Shown here piece after piece: positions 34,451-47,397 of a stretch of 64,000 nt of DNA. The translations under genes and the position numbers were made by a program. Source of the stretch: Eledone cirrhosa (lineage: Eukaryota); assembly GCA_964016885.1 (NCBI GenBank), contig OZ024741.1:283402001-283466000 (forward strand). Reading direction: 5' to 3'. The notes below the pieces were generated by a model. The model did not search any database. It saw only the letters and a list, made by a program, of their open reading frames with translations, and was not told the DNA's origin. How positions within the stretch are numbered: position 1 is the first letter of the stretch; every line of letters begins with the position of its first letter.

Positions 34451-34585
34451 CATATATATATATACACATATATATATATATACATATATATATATACATA
34501 TACATATATATATATACATATACATATATATATATACATATACATATATATACATATACATATATACATATATATACATATATAT

Positions 34586-34620
<35 letters not shown>

Positions 34621-34657
34621 TATACATATACATATATACATATATATACATATATAT

Positions 34658-34698
<41 letters not shown>

Positions 34699-34749
34699 TA
34701 TATATATACATATATATATATACATATACATATATACATATATATATAC

Positions 34750-34786
<37 letters not shown>

Positions 34787-34825
34787 CATATATATACATA
34801 TATATACATATACATATATATATAC

Positions 34826-34886
<61 letters not shown>

Positions 34887-35051
34887 TATATATATACATA
34901 TATATACATATATACACCTATACATATATATATATACCTATACATATATATATATATACCTATACATATACATATATATATACATATATATACATATATA
35001 TATACATATATATATATATACATATATACATATATATATACATTATGTATA

Positions 35052-35084
<33 letters not shown>

Positions 35085-35121
35085 GCATATATACATATAT
35101 ATACATATATATATATATACA

Positions 35122-35152
<31 letters not shown>

Positions 35153-35407
35153 ATATATGTATATATATAGATAAATATACACGGGTGTGTATGATTGTGT
35201 ATAGAAGATTATATTAATAAGAGGAATTCCAACTTTGTCTGATTTACTCGTTTTATTTACAATCCTTTAAAATTTATAATGGTATTATAAAAAATAGTAT
35301 GATAGAATATTAAATGTTAAGTGTTAATTGAACAAGTACTTTCATGCTTTCGCAATCTTCAGGTTCATAATGTGTGGTGACAGTCAAGGTTGCAATTTTC
35401 AACAGAA

Positions 35408-36046
35408 AATTTATTATAATGCTCAGTGTGTTTTTAAACAAACATCCCGTATTAAGTCGTAGTGTCCAGCAACCACCGTTGCTCATTTGTTCAACACTGA
35501 CAAAGGAACGCTCTGCTAGTTTCAAACTTATTAGCTATCGTCAGCAACGTATACCTTCCTGTCAGATGATTGAACGTCCGAAAGTATATACTTTCCTTAT
35601 GCATATTAAGGGCTGAGTAGCCCAATTTGCATATCGAGTGGGTTAATCGGCCGGGTGCACCGAAAACGATAAACAGAAAAAATGAATCGAAATTTCATTT
35701 CCCACTCTTAGTACGGCTGTTACTTAAATATAAGTATGTATACGTACATACATATATGTATACAGACGTACAGTAGCATGTATATATATATACATACATG
35801 CACACATATATATATGTACGTATGGATTCACCGAACATTTATTATAATGCTCGGTGTATTTGTAAACAAAATCCCGTATTAAGCCGTAGTGTCCAGCAAC
35901 CACCGTTGCTCGTTTGTTCAACACTGACAAGGAATGCTGTACTAGTTTCAAGCTTATTAGCTATCGTCAGCAACGTATATCTTCCTGCCAGATGATTGAA
36001 CATCTGAAAGTATATTCTTTCCTTATGCATATTAACGGCTGAGTAG
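35408..36046 (+). repeat. Two diverged direct copies of a ~210-bp unit (35408-35620, 35838-36046)
   Basis: Shared ttataatgctc..gtagtgtccagcaaccaccgttgctc..ccttatgcatattaa.ggctgagtag. Confidence 0.8.
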
Positions 36047-37446
36047 TTTTAGTGAAGAATTTAGCGTAAAAGTTGGTGTTCATCAGGGCTCTGTCCTTAG
36101 CCCCCTCCTATTTACTATTGCCTTCAGGCTATAACAGAGGAGTTCACGACCGGCTCCTCATGGGAACTTGGAAGCATGGCCTAGAATCAAATGGCCTTAA
36201 AATTAACTTGTCTAAGACTAAAGTTCTAGTATTTAGAAACGAAAATAGGGCACTGGTCTCCTCTGGGAAATGGCCATGCTCAATGTGTAGGAAAGGAGTA
36301 GGCAGAAACTCCATTTTATGTCCCAAATGCAAAGTATGGGTGCATAAAAGATGTAGTGGGATCACAGGTAAACTAACTAAGAACATAGATTTTATATGTG
36401 GCTGGTGCTCAGGTGCAATAAGTAGTAGGAAGTGCCCACAGGACACTAGCTCCTTCTATTGCCCAGATGGTTCTATAGAAATAGTGGACACTTTCCATTA
36501 CCTGGGTGACAAAATCAGCAGTGGTGGAGGGTGTTCTTAAAGTACAGTAGCGAGAGTCAGAACGGGATGGAAAAAGTTCAGAGAGCTTATACCGCCGTTG
36601 ACCACAAAAGGTTTCTCTCTAAAAATGAAAGGCAGATTGTATGATGCCTGTATACGAACAGCAATGCTACATGACAGTGAGACATGGGCATTGCGTGCAG
36701 AGGACCTGCACAGACTGGAAAGGAATGAAGCATGCATGCTCTGTTGGATGTGTAATAGTAATATACATGAACGGCAAAGCATAAATGAACTAAGTGAGAA
36801 ATTAGGAATAAGAGGGATCAGATGCTGTTTACTCGAGAGAAGACTACGTTGGTATGGCCACGTGATACGCATGAAAGATGACAGCTGTATAAAAAAGTGC
36901 AGGGCGATCAAAATTGATGGTAGTTACGGAGTAGGTAGACCCAGAAAAACCTGGGACGATCTGATAAATTCTGACCTTACACACTTGTACCTCTCTAAGA
37001 CAATGTCGCTGGACCGAGATCTTTGGCGCTACGCAGTAATACAGAAGATCCGCCTTGCCTATGTACAAAGCGAAACCTACAGTCAGTAGGCACCTCTAAC
37101 AAAATATACACCCCAATTCACTACCCCTACCCTATCCTCCCACTCCCACCAACACCACCCTCTCTGTAAAGTTGGTACCACAACATCCAGTCCAAATAAA
37201 TGAGATAATGAGATCGAGATTGCATAGGTGTCACGACAAAAAAACACAGTCCACGCTGTAATGTGGTCGTGTAGGGAACACGGTAAAAAGTTCCCAGTTC
37301 CACACTGTAAATGTGGTTGGTGACAGGAAGGGCATCCAGCCGTAGAAAACCTGCTAGATAGTCCTATATGAGTGAGAGATGGTGGGACAACTCCCGTCTA
37401 ACCCATGCTGGCGTGGAAGATGGACGTTAAACGAAGATGATGATGA
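36047..37446 (+). mobile_element. Older RTE family A copy, decayed
   Basis: ORFs 36073-36540 and 36598-37089 homologous to copies 1-4; internal deletion, stop, GAT tail. Confidence 0.92.
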
Positions 37447-37480
37447 GAGAGAGAGAGACAGACAGACAAACAGAGAACAT

Positions 37481-38300
37481 GATTCCCACCACCTTACGTA
37501 ATGCATACTAACATTACCTAATTTCTGCACGTGGTTGTTCCATTCGGACCACCGTCAGCAGATCGGAACATAGAAATTGGTGCATCAGTTCAGGCATCTC
37601 AAATTTCCTAACACACAAAATTGTCTTCTTCACTGATTAACATGTGTTCAATCTAATCAGTTGGGTTCGAATTTTAGAAATACAGACTTAAGTTATTGAG
37701 TGAAAGAGGATAAGCTTTGTCTCTTTATATTAACTCCCAGGGGACTAAACTGTATTTAAATTGTAAGTTGAACTTTCTTGCTCTGTTTATTCTAGTTAGA
37801 GTTATTTATTGTTTGCTCCCCTGTTTTTTTTTCTATATGAATGCACTCCGGGAGAGTGTTTCTGGCATGGTCATTTTTTTCAATTTGAATCAACGCCAAC
37901 CTGTGTTCCTTGTAAATGGTCAGACCTGGCTTTTCTCTTTAATGTGATGTCACACATCACTGAAAGTTGAGGACTACTACAATATTCACTTTGTCTAGCA
38001 ATGTGATGTATTAGCACATCATACTGAACTTTCCATTCCTGGGTGGCAAACTCCTGCTGACAACACAATTCCCACCAACTTACATAATGCATACTAACAT
38101 TACCTAATTTCTTCACAAGGTGGTTCCATTCAAACCCCTGCCAGCAGATCGGAATTATAGAAACTGGTGCATTGGTCTAGGTGTCTCAATTTTCCTACCC
38201 GCATGAAGTCATCTTTCTCACTGATTAACGTATGTGTTCATTCTAAATGATTGGGTTCAAATTTTAATGATACGGACTTAATAAAATTATTGAGTGAATG
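37481..38300 (+). repeat. Two diverged direct copies of a ~230-bp unit (37481-37705, 38068-38298)
   Basis: Shared attcccacca..taatgcatactaacattacctaatttct..cagcagatcggaa..cactgattaac..ttgggttc..gacttaa..ttattgagtgaa. Confidence 0.75.
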
Positions 38301-38888
38301 AGGAAACAACTGCAGCTGTGTCCATACTATTCGATAAGCTTTGTCCCATAATTATATATATATATATATATATCATCATGCTTTGTGTACATGTGTGTGT
38401 GTGTGTGTGTACGTGTGTGTATATATACGTATATATATATATATATATATATAAATGTGTATATATATATATATACACATTTATATATATATATATATGG
38501 GTATATATATATATATATATACACCCATATATATATATATATATAAATGTGTATATATATATATACACACATTTTAATATACACACTCCAGTACACATGC
38601 AGAGCTCAACATATGCAACATACATGCATGAATGCATACACATACTTACAGACACACACACAAGCACATATTCACACACACACTAGATGCTGTACATGAA
38701 ATCGTATGTTTCTCTGAAAGAGAATATTTAATGTGACCTCTCTGCTCTCTCTCTCTCTCTAGATTATTATCTATAATTCATTTATAGGGAAGAGACGTGA
38801 ATATCCAGCTACACAGGTAACATATACAGGTCATGTACATAGAGTATGATGGTAATAATAATTCAAATGACTTACAAGCAAGTGTACT

Positions 38889-38954
<66 letters not shown>

Positions 38955-39139
38955 TACATAGATAGATATACACACACATACATAGATATACACACAACCA
39001 CACATATGTATTGGACAGACAATTCAATATTCACTCATAGTTATAATGCACAAGGGTCTAGAAACATAATAAAATTATTATAGATGATTGTTCTCACATG
39101 AAAACAGAGTGCACAAATAACAAAGGAAATGGAAAACTG

Positions 39140-39170
<31 letters not shown>

Positions 39171-39489
39171 CCTTAATCATTTGTGCAATCTTTTGGTAAC
39201 TGCAAAACTCAGAGCTGCAACAGAGTATATAGCAACAGTATTATAATAAAAGAAATATATACAATACTCTCTCTCCCTCTCTCTCCTCCTAAGCATGATA
39301 CTATTAAGGTTTTGTAATTTTACAACTCTGTTTGTCTTGTCGTTTCTTGAACTATATATATATAATATAGAAAATGTTATATATAAGCAGGCTAAGACAA
39401 TGCAAACAGACAGTAAAATGAAGGCAACAAAAAAGTTTGTGTTACCTGGTATCTATTATTATTCTCTCAATTTTTTTTTTTTTTCTTTT

Positions 39490-40068
39490 GGCCTAATATT
39501 TTGGGACTTAAAATCCTTTCCTCAGAGTTTGGAGAACTCTCAGAGCCAATTATTCTGGTTTTATCACCTCGAAGTTTGATTTAAATTTATAATTTAGGAA
39601 TTGCTTTCAAGTTTGATATTTGTTGTAGTAACCATGAGAAGCTTAAGGATGAAATCAATTGGTATATGTATAATCTAATTGAAGCAAATTTCTTGTGTTA
39701 AAAGTTGTGTTTAGGCTGTCTGTGTGTGTAGGGGGGAGGGGGGCTTTTATATCATTTATGTGTGCTGAGTTTCATTCTATTGTTGATTTGAAGGTTGAGC
39801 CAATGTATAAGCAAGGTTTCCTTTATTCTTAAGTTGCCCACATTTCTCTCTCTGGCTTCAATACTGATTGTTATGTTTTTGTTGGTGTTTTTGCATTTGG
39901 CAATGTGTTTTTTTAATGAGGATGCATGTGTGTTGAGGTGTTCTTTAATGAGGAAGTGGAATGGTCAAGTTGTACTAACAATGTAGAACTCCTTACATTT
40001 GTCACATTCAGTTTGATATATCACATGTTGTCTGCTGGCACATACCTGTGTCACAGATATGGCAGTTA
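39490..40068 (-). mobile_element. Decayed Penelope 3' fragment (GIY-YIG plus degenerate hammerhead at ~39490-39530)
   Basis: Reverse strand HVIYQTECDKCKEFYIVSTT*PFHFLIKEH..RIKETLLI..QIN; CTGAGGA-AAGGA..TCCC-AAAA downstream. Confidence 0.7.
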
Positions 40069-40123
40069 GTCAGCATGCATTGGTTGCAGCTGTCATTGAA
40101 TCACTTTTTAGATATATATATAT

Positions 40124-41410
40124 ATAAAATGTATCACTTTATTTTTTCCCATTGAAACTAGTACCGCATGGACAAAATCCTTTGGGTGGGAGATGAAGCC
40201 ACCCTTCCTGCGCATGTGTGAACATTTTCACACCAGTAGGAAAAATCGGTTTTAGGCTGTTACACCTAGAATATAGACATGTAGTATGCGTTCCTCAAAT
40301 TTTTGTTTTCACACAAGATGACCGAACGCATTGAACAGAGATATTGCAGCAAGTTTTGCCAAAAGCTTGGCGATACTCAAGCTCTAGTAGATTCAGTAGG
40401 CTTTTGGTGATAATGCCATGGGAAAAACTCAGATCAGGGAGTCGTACAACCGCTTCAAATAAGGCTGCAGTAGAGAACAAGGCATGCACACGCAGACCAT
40501 CCACAAGCCGAAACAGGGAGCCAATTGAGAAGGGTTAGCTAATAGTCATGGAAGACTGTCGTGTGACAATCCAGGAAATTGCTTACAAAGTGGAAATAAG
40601 CACAGGATCAGTGCATTCCATTTTAATGGAGGATTTGTGCAAGCAGAGTGTCGGCAAAATTCATCCCCAAGGTGCTGCAGACCAGCAGAAGCAACTCTAC
40701 GTGGAAATCGATCAGGACATGATGGACTATGCAAACCATGACCCAGACTTCATGAAGACCATCATCACTGACAATGAGACATGGGCTTATGATCATGAAC
40801 TGGAAACCAAGTTCCAGTCCACCCAATGGAAACATCTACCATCACCAAGGCCCAAAAAAGCACAACAGATTCGCAGCAATGTGAAGGTAAAGTTGACCTG
40901 TTTCTTTGACTCTTGTGGTATTGCGAATCATTAATACACACCATAAGGCCAAATAAGCAATACTACCTGGAGGTTATAAGTTGCCTTCTTGATGCTGTGC
41001 ATCAAAAGCAGCATGATATGTGGGCAGTGAAGAATTGGCAATTTCACCACGACAATATACCCACTCATTCCACCCACATAATCCAAGTTTTCCTGGTCAA
41101 GAACAACACATCACTTGTTCAACAGGCTCCCTACACTCCCGACTTGCCGTCATATGACTTTTGACTCTTCACCATGCTGAAAAGGAAGCAATTTGAGTCG
41201 CAAGAGAAAATTATGAGGGAATCAATGATGGAGCTTCATAGCATTCCAGAGAAGGTGTTTAGAGGTGTTACCAGTTTTGACAGAACAACTGGGAGAAGTG
41301 TGTTGACACCCAATGGGAGTATTTTGAAGGTGATTAAATAAAATTTGTGAAATGTACAAAATTGTTTTTTATGTGCAAAGGTTGAATATTTTTTGAATAA
41401 ACCACATATA
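40124..41410 (+). mobile_element. Mariner DNA transposon relic (transposase pseudogene ~40326-41337)
   Basis: IITDNETW, SPRPKK, HHDN, APYTPDLPSYDF (YSPDLAPxD-like); stops and frameshifts; ends approximate. Confidence 0.88.
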
Positions 41411-41789
41411 AGTAGATATTTATGTACAGACAGATAGATAAAAATTGAGAGAGCGAAATTTCAGTTTAACAGATTTTTATTCGCATACTCCCATGACATA
41501 TGTTTCGCAATTGAACAGCTGAAGACTACATGTATTTATGTAATGCTTTGGCAACATGTAGCTTGACTAATTTAATTAGCTCATCAGATGCTAACACAGT
41601 CTACATATCTCTGTTCGTGCAAAGGCAATGAGCTTGCCTTTATACAAGGATACAAACCCCTCCCAGATCTTAAACCATAAATAAACTGATAAATAAAGTA
41701 GTCAAAGGTTGATCACATTTTAAAACAAAGAATAACAATAGAAATAGAAATAACGTTCCTTTAAGCATTATGAACATATATATCTATAT

Positions 41790-42124
41790 CATCATCATCA
41801 TCATTTTACGTCCGCTTTTCCTTGCTTGCAAGGGTGGGACGGGAACTGATTCTGGCTTGATTTCTACTGCTGGATGCCCTTCCTAACATCAACCTCATTT
41901 ACAGTGAGTGCTGGGTGCTTTTTTGCCGTGGCACCTCCATGACCACTTTGCAGTGGAATGATAGGGACCCCAGTCCCTATCATCTCATTTCTACAGCTGA
42001 GTAAACTGAAGCAATGTGAAATAAAGTGTCTTGTTCAAGGAAACAACACATCACCCGGTCTGAGAATTGAACTCACAACCTTTCGATTGGCCAATGCTCT
42101 AACCACTAAGCCATGTACCTCCAT
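41790..42124 (-). mobile_element. tRNA-derived SINE with RTE family B-derived 3' half
   Basis: A box TGGCTTAGTGG, B box GAGTTCAATTC; body homologous to 14951-15110; (GAT)n tail. Confidence 0.8.
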
Positions 42125-42149
42125 CTATACATATATAACAATAGGTTTT

Positions 42150-42445
42150 GTACCAAGAAGCACTGAAGCACAATTCCGGGCAAGTTGTTTGTGGAAGACC
42201 AACACTCACACATGCATGCCAGTCACCCCACCCCACACCACACCACTGATATTGTTCAAGGGAAAGGCAAAGGCCGCTACAACTTGGTACCAGAGATGTT
42301 GCAACTCATTTCTATAGCTAAGTGAACTGGAGCAACATGAAATAAAGTGTCTTGCTCAGGGACACAATACACTGCCTGGTCCGGGAATCAAACTCACAAC
42401 CTCATGATTGTAAACCCAATCCTCTAACCACTAAACCACCATGCA
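42150..42445 (-). mobile_element. tRNA-derived SINE (related head, different body)
   Basis: Reverse strand TGGTTTAGTGG and GAGTTTGATTCCC; head homologous to 41985-42124. Confidence 0.65.
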
Positions 42446-43102
42446 CCCACCCCCACCCCCACACACACATTCAACCATAGAAAACTTGCCAGAAATGGTT
42501 TGAGATAATTCTCCAGTTGTATCAAAGATGGGACATCCTTCCTAGTGCTGGTGCCATGATAAAATGCACCCAGTACACTCTGCAGAGTACAGGAACATAA
42601 GCAAGCAAGAAAAACTGGTAAAAATGAATTGTATCTTTAATTCAAAGTGTCAGCTTTGGCACTCACTGTGTCAGACTGAATCTCCCTTAGAACTAAGTTA
42701 AGAGAGCACATGTTTGAACAACTGGAACACTAATCATTGGAACTGATACAGATCCAATGGCAACAGCAACTGCACCTTTCCTTGTTGAGCTATTTTCATA
42801 TAACTTAATCAGAAGTTATAGAGTCTAAATGTCTCCTTTAAGATTTTCAGAGTGGCTTATGACCACCTTGTGCCAGAGAACTTCAGATCTTCAACACAGA
42901 ACCTAGGTTATATGAGGAGTTTCATTTCATATGAATGAAGGATACTGCTTACTTGACACTGAAATAAGAGTGGTAAGAGCAATACATACTACTGTCATAA
43001 TTGTGCACCTTCAACAAGAATAATGCTCAAGCAGTGAAGTGAATATATAAAGTTTTTCATTGTGGTAAAGAATGCTTGACTAAAGAAGCCTCTTGTATGA
43101 TC

Positions 43103-43325
43103 TGTGGGTATGGTGTGGTGTGCGGTGGCCGGAAGCTGGGGAGTGCTCGACCGGAAGAGTGCTTGACCGGAAGGGTGCTTGGCCGGAAGGGTGCTCGACC
43201 GGAAGGGCCAGCTGGTCGGCCTCTCTCTAGCAGTGATCAGAAACGTGGTGGACGCAAGTTTTGCAGCTCCCGGTTTTAACGAGTTGGATTGTACGCACGT
43301 GGAAGAGAAGCTTTTTCTAACCACA
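43103..43325 (+). repeat. Putative 5' LTR (TGTGG...CCACA)
   Basis: 5-bp terminal inverted repeat with TG..CA ends, GC-rich, just upstream of gag; no 3' LTR present to confirm it. Confidence 0.65.
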
Positions 43326-43337
43326 AGCTATTTCGGC
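43326..43337 (+). promoter_or_regulatory. Putative atypical primer-binding site complementary to tRNA-Phe nt 1-12
   Basis: AGCTATTTCGGC is the reverse complement of GCCGAAAUAGCU, the 5' end of metazoan tRNA-Phe(GAA) as recalled; lies directly after the LTR end. Confidence 0.6.
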
Positions 43338-44132
43338 ACTGGATCTGATTGAAAAAAAAAAAAAAAAAAAAAAAAAAAACTTTCTCGAAAACAAAGCTAC
43401 TGGAAAAACAGAGAGGAGTCTGTTGTTTTTTTTATTACGTACCGCAAGACAAATTAGGATCCGAACAAGCGAAGCGATTAGGGCATTTACCGGTGAAGGC
43501 GATGTTGTCGCTTGGCTGCGAAAAGTCCGGCTGGTTGCAAGCTTACAGAAGATAGAAGATGTGGCTGGCCTCATGGGCACTGTACCTCGAGGGGGACGCG
43601 TTGGTACTCTTCCTTGAGATGGATGAACACAGCCAAAGGGATGCGCAAATGATTGAGAGGCGCATGATGGAAGCGTTCGTGGAGGGACCGTTGGCCGCTT
43701 TTGCTAAGCTGGCAAGAATTAGATGGAACGGTGAACGCGTTGACATTTTCACAGCGGGAATACGGCGATTGGCCATGTTGGCTGCATATCAGGTGGAATA
43801 CGAACGCACGGTGCGGTTGGCGTTCATAAATGGATTTCCAGACGACATAGCGGTGAAACTGCAGCAAGTCCTGGGTTACAAAGAAATGGAGATGCGTGCA
43901 CTGGTGGAGCAAGCCCGCATCATAGCAGAAGATGCCAACTACAGAGGCCCAAGACAGCTGGTAGCGAAATGGTGAAATGGAGGCAACCACGGCACGTGGT
44001 TGCCCGCGGACGTTTAGAGGTCGCTGTTTTAGGTGCCAGGGCCCGCACATGGTGAGAGACTGTAGAGTCAAGGCTGGAAATAATATGCTACCGGTGTAAA
44101 CGACCAGGCCACATCGCTACTAACTGCGACCA

Positions 44133-44176
44133 GGGAAACGATCCAAGGGGAACTACTGCACCGGTAGTTGCCCCTT
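44133..44176 (+). promoter_or_regulatory. -1 ribosomal frameshift signal (gag-pol)
   Basis: G_GGA_AAC in gag phase, 5-nt spacer, hairpin AAGGGG-AACTAC..GTAGTT-g-CCCCTT; the -1 frame is the protease frame. Confidence 0.75.
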
Positions 44177-46619
44177 ACGAGCAGAGGTGCTGCCCGTGGT
44201 GGAAGTCTTCGTGAGGGGAAAGCCACAGTGAGCCCTCGTGGACACGGGCTGTACGACGACACTGGTGACCACAGGGGTGGCGCAGAGGTGGAGAGGGAAG
44301 AGCAGCGTAAGGGCAGTTGACGGTAGGAAAATTGAATGCCGAGGTCGCAGCGAGGTGGAGATGGTGGTACGGGGAAGGAAAATAAGGTTTTCTGCCATCG
44401 TAGTTGACAACGTGGTGGATGGGATTGGCATGGTTATGGGCATGGACGCAATTGGCCGTCTAGGAGGCGTCACAGTGAACAACGTCAGTGTGTCGTTTGG
44501 CGGCGGCACATCGGTATGCGCGGTGAGTATGCAACAGAAGAACCAGAAGGCCCACGAGGAGAAATACCCCGCTTACACTGTGCAGGACAAAGACTACACG
44601 GCCGTGTTCGATGGGCAGCGATGGGTTGTTGAGTGGTACTGGAAGGGAGAACCACCAACACTGAAGACCAAAGTGGGCTGTTATCAACACACATTGAAGG
44701 GAGACATTAGGAGCGAGTTCGAGCGAGAGGTAGAGAGATGGATTACTTCCCTGGAAAGAGGAGGTGAAGTGCGGAGTATTGCTGTTAATGGCGGTGGCGC
44801 AACCCACGAAGAACAAGGTGAGGCCGGTACTGGACTTTCGGGATCTGAACGAACACATGTCATGCCACACAGGTGGCGAGGTCACGGATGTCTGTGGGGA
44901 AACCCTGCGTGAGTGGAGACGCATGACGGGGGGGTTACGCAATCGTAGATCTAAAGTCGGCATACTTGCAATTGCATATAGATGAGAAGCTCTGGCAGTA
45001 TCAGCTGGTCAGGTATAAGGGCCGGACATATTGCCTGACCAGGCTCGGTTTCGGGCTGAGCTCCGCACCGAAGATCATGGCGGCGGTCCTCAAGACCATT
45101 CTGGGAAAGGCCGACAAGATGAAGAGGGCCACTAATTCCCTCATTGACAACATCCTAGTGGACGAGTCTGTAGTATCGGCGGCGGTGGTCACAAGCCATT
45201 TACAGGGGTATGGACTGGCTGCGAAGCCGTCAGAAGCGATGGAGGGAGGAGCCGTGCTGGGACTTAGGCTACGGTGAGACAGGACGGGCGTCTTAGTATT
45301 CCAGAGGGGAAATGAAGTTCCAGAACTGGGCCCAAGTATGAGTAGGCGGGAGTTTTTCTCGGTGTGGAAAGTTGGTGGGTCACTACCCGATTGCTGGATG
45401 GCTCCGGACAGCATGCAGCTATGTCAAGAGATGAGCGGGAGGGGTGACTTGGAGTGACAGAGTGGGAGGGAGGATGGTGGCCATGATGCAGGAGATCGTG
45501 GAGAGGGTGAAGGCCGACGATCCAGTGCGGGGATGCTGGTATGTTCCCAAATCGCAGAGCGGGACCGTATGGTGCGATGCCAGCAGCATAGCGCTGGGTG
45601 TCACGTTGGAGATAGGAGGTGTTGAGATTGAGGATGCAGCCTGTCTTAGGAAGAAGGACGACTGCAACCACATCAATGTGGCCGAACTGGACGCAGTGTT
45701 GAGAGGGGTGAACCTCGCCCTGAGGTGGGGACTGCGCACCATCGAGATACGCACCGACTCGGCTACTATACTTGGATGGTTGAGATCAGTGCTCTCTAGT
45801 GAGAAGAGAGTGCGAACGAGAGGGGCGGCGGAGATGCTGATAAAGCGCTGCCTGGGAACTTTAGGAGAGCTGGCCACCGAGTTCGACCCGAGGCTGAGCG
45901 TAGTTTTCGTGCCCTCAGAGAAAAATAGGGGGGACGTCTTAACTAGGGTGAAGAAAGCCTGGATGGAAGCGCCGGAGGAGGTAGAAGAGGAGATAGCTGC
46001 CGTGTGTCGGCTGACCGAGTCGGATCTGAAAGGTTTGCATGACATGCACCACATGGGAGTGGATAGGACTCTGTTCCTAGCCAGGAGAATCAACTCGGAC
46101 GTTAACAGACACAGTGTTCAAAGAGTGGTTAGAGGCTGCGTCCAATGTCAGTTCATTGATCCCGCCCCGGGTGTGCACGAAACGGTAAGCCTCCCGGTGG
46201 ATCGCGACTGGAAGCGATTGGCGGTGGATGTAACACACTACCGACAGGGAACATACCTCTCGATGGTCGACTGTGGACCGGGATGGATGACGATATGGAG
46301 GGAGATGAAGACTGGAACGGCCGAGGAAATCATGCGGACGTTGAGAGAGGTGTTCTTGGAGCGGGGCCCTGTGGACGAACTGCTGATGGACAACAGCGCA
46401 GCGTTCCGCTCGGAGGCATGAGGGAGATGCTTGATGGATGGAAGGTGGACCGTTTCTTCATAGCAGCGTACAGGCCGAGCGGAAATGGAATCATGGAGCG
46501 ACACCACGGGATGATCAGCTGGACCAGTTCAAGGAAGTTTCCTCTAGAGAGAGCCTTTTGCAACCATATTCATAATGAACCACAGTGATTTGATTTAATT
46601 CATTAAGAATTTTGAGGGA

Positions 46620-46970
46620 CTTACTAAAATTAATTAGTTAGGGAGCTACTTCCTCAAAGCTACTGACAACAAAGGCATTTTCTCTATGAGCAAAGGGTAG
46701 ATTGTATGATGCTTAGGTGTGTGATGTTACATAGCAGTGAAACATGGAAGATAAATGCAGAGGATATACAGAGACTAGAGAGAAATGAAATGAAGGTGCT
46801 CTGTTGGGCATGTAATGCTTATGTGCATGAACAATGGGGCAAGGATGAGCTGAGAGAAAAACTGAACACAAGAGGAATTAGATGTAGTGTGCAAGAGAGA
46901 AGACTGCACTGGTATGGACATACTGCTGAATCACACAAAGGAGTGCAACAAGTGGAAAGTAAGTTGTGTT
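46620..46970 (+). mobile_element. Old RTE fragment
   Basis: MLHSSETW..RLERNEM..RGIRCSVQERRLHWYGH. Confidence 0.75.
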
Positions 46971-47397
46971 AGAGAGGACCTATCTAACCCATGTTGTCCA
47001 TGTGTGTATATACCTTTACTGTTTATGTTCAGTAACTTAGTGGTTTGACAAAAAGAGATAATAAAATAAGTAGCAAACTTGAAAAAAAAAGTACCAGGGT
47101 CAATGTGATTGACTAAATCTCTTCAAGGTGGTGGCCCAGTATGGCTATGATTTTAATGAGTGACACCTGTAGAAGAGTGCAGTACCCAAACAAGACTGAA
47201 ACCAGCAAAAGAATAAAATAATTCATAAAAAATTTACATATTTACACACACACACACACATGACCGGATTTATCGTGGGGGGAGGGAGGGTGTTTTGGTA
47301 CCCCTCATCAAACAGCGCCTCCACCTCTTCTATCAGAGCTTTTGCTACCTTTTAAGAACAGAGTTAGAAAAGGGCATTGTTCATAAACATAATAAAT

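Larger units (their letters stand above)
43103..46517 (+). mobile_element. Gypsy-like LTR retrotransposon, decayed, 3'-truncated
   Basis: Putative 5' LTR, gag (43430-44140) with two CCHC knuckles, protease ALVDTG, RT (YCLTRLGFGLSSAP, LIDNI at the YxDD position), RNase H (WCDAS, AELDA, RTDS), integrase (HHCC, LAVD, LMDN, GIMER), in PR-RT-RH-IN order. Confidence 0.9.

Noticed and set aside
42040-42124. tRNA gene candidates (also 42360-42445, 54040-54128, 57140-57223)
   Set aside because: A and B boxes are present but no full cloverleaf was seen; they are fused to SINE bodies
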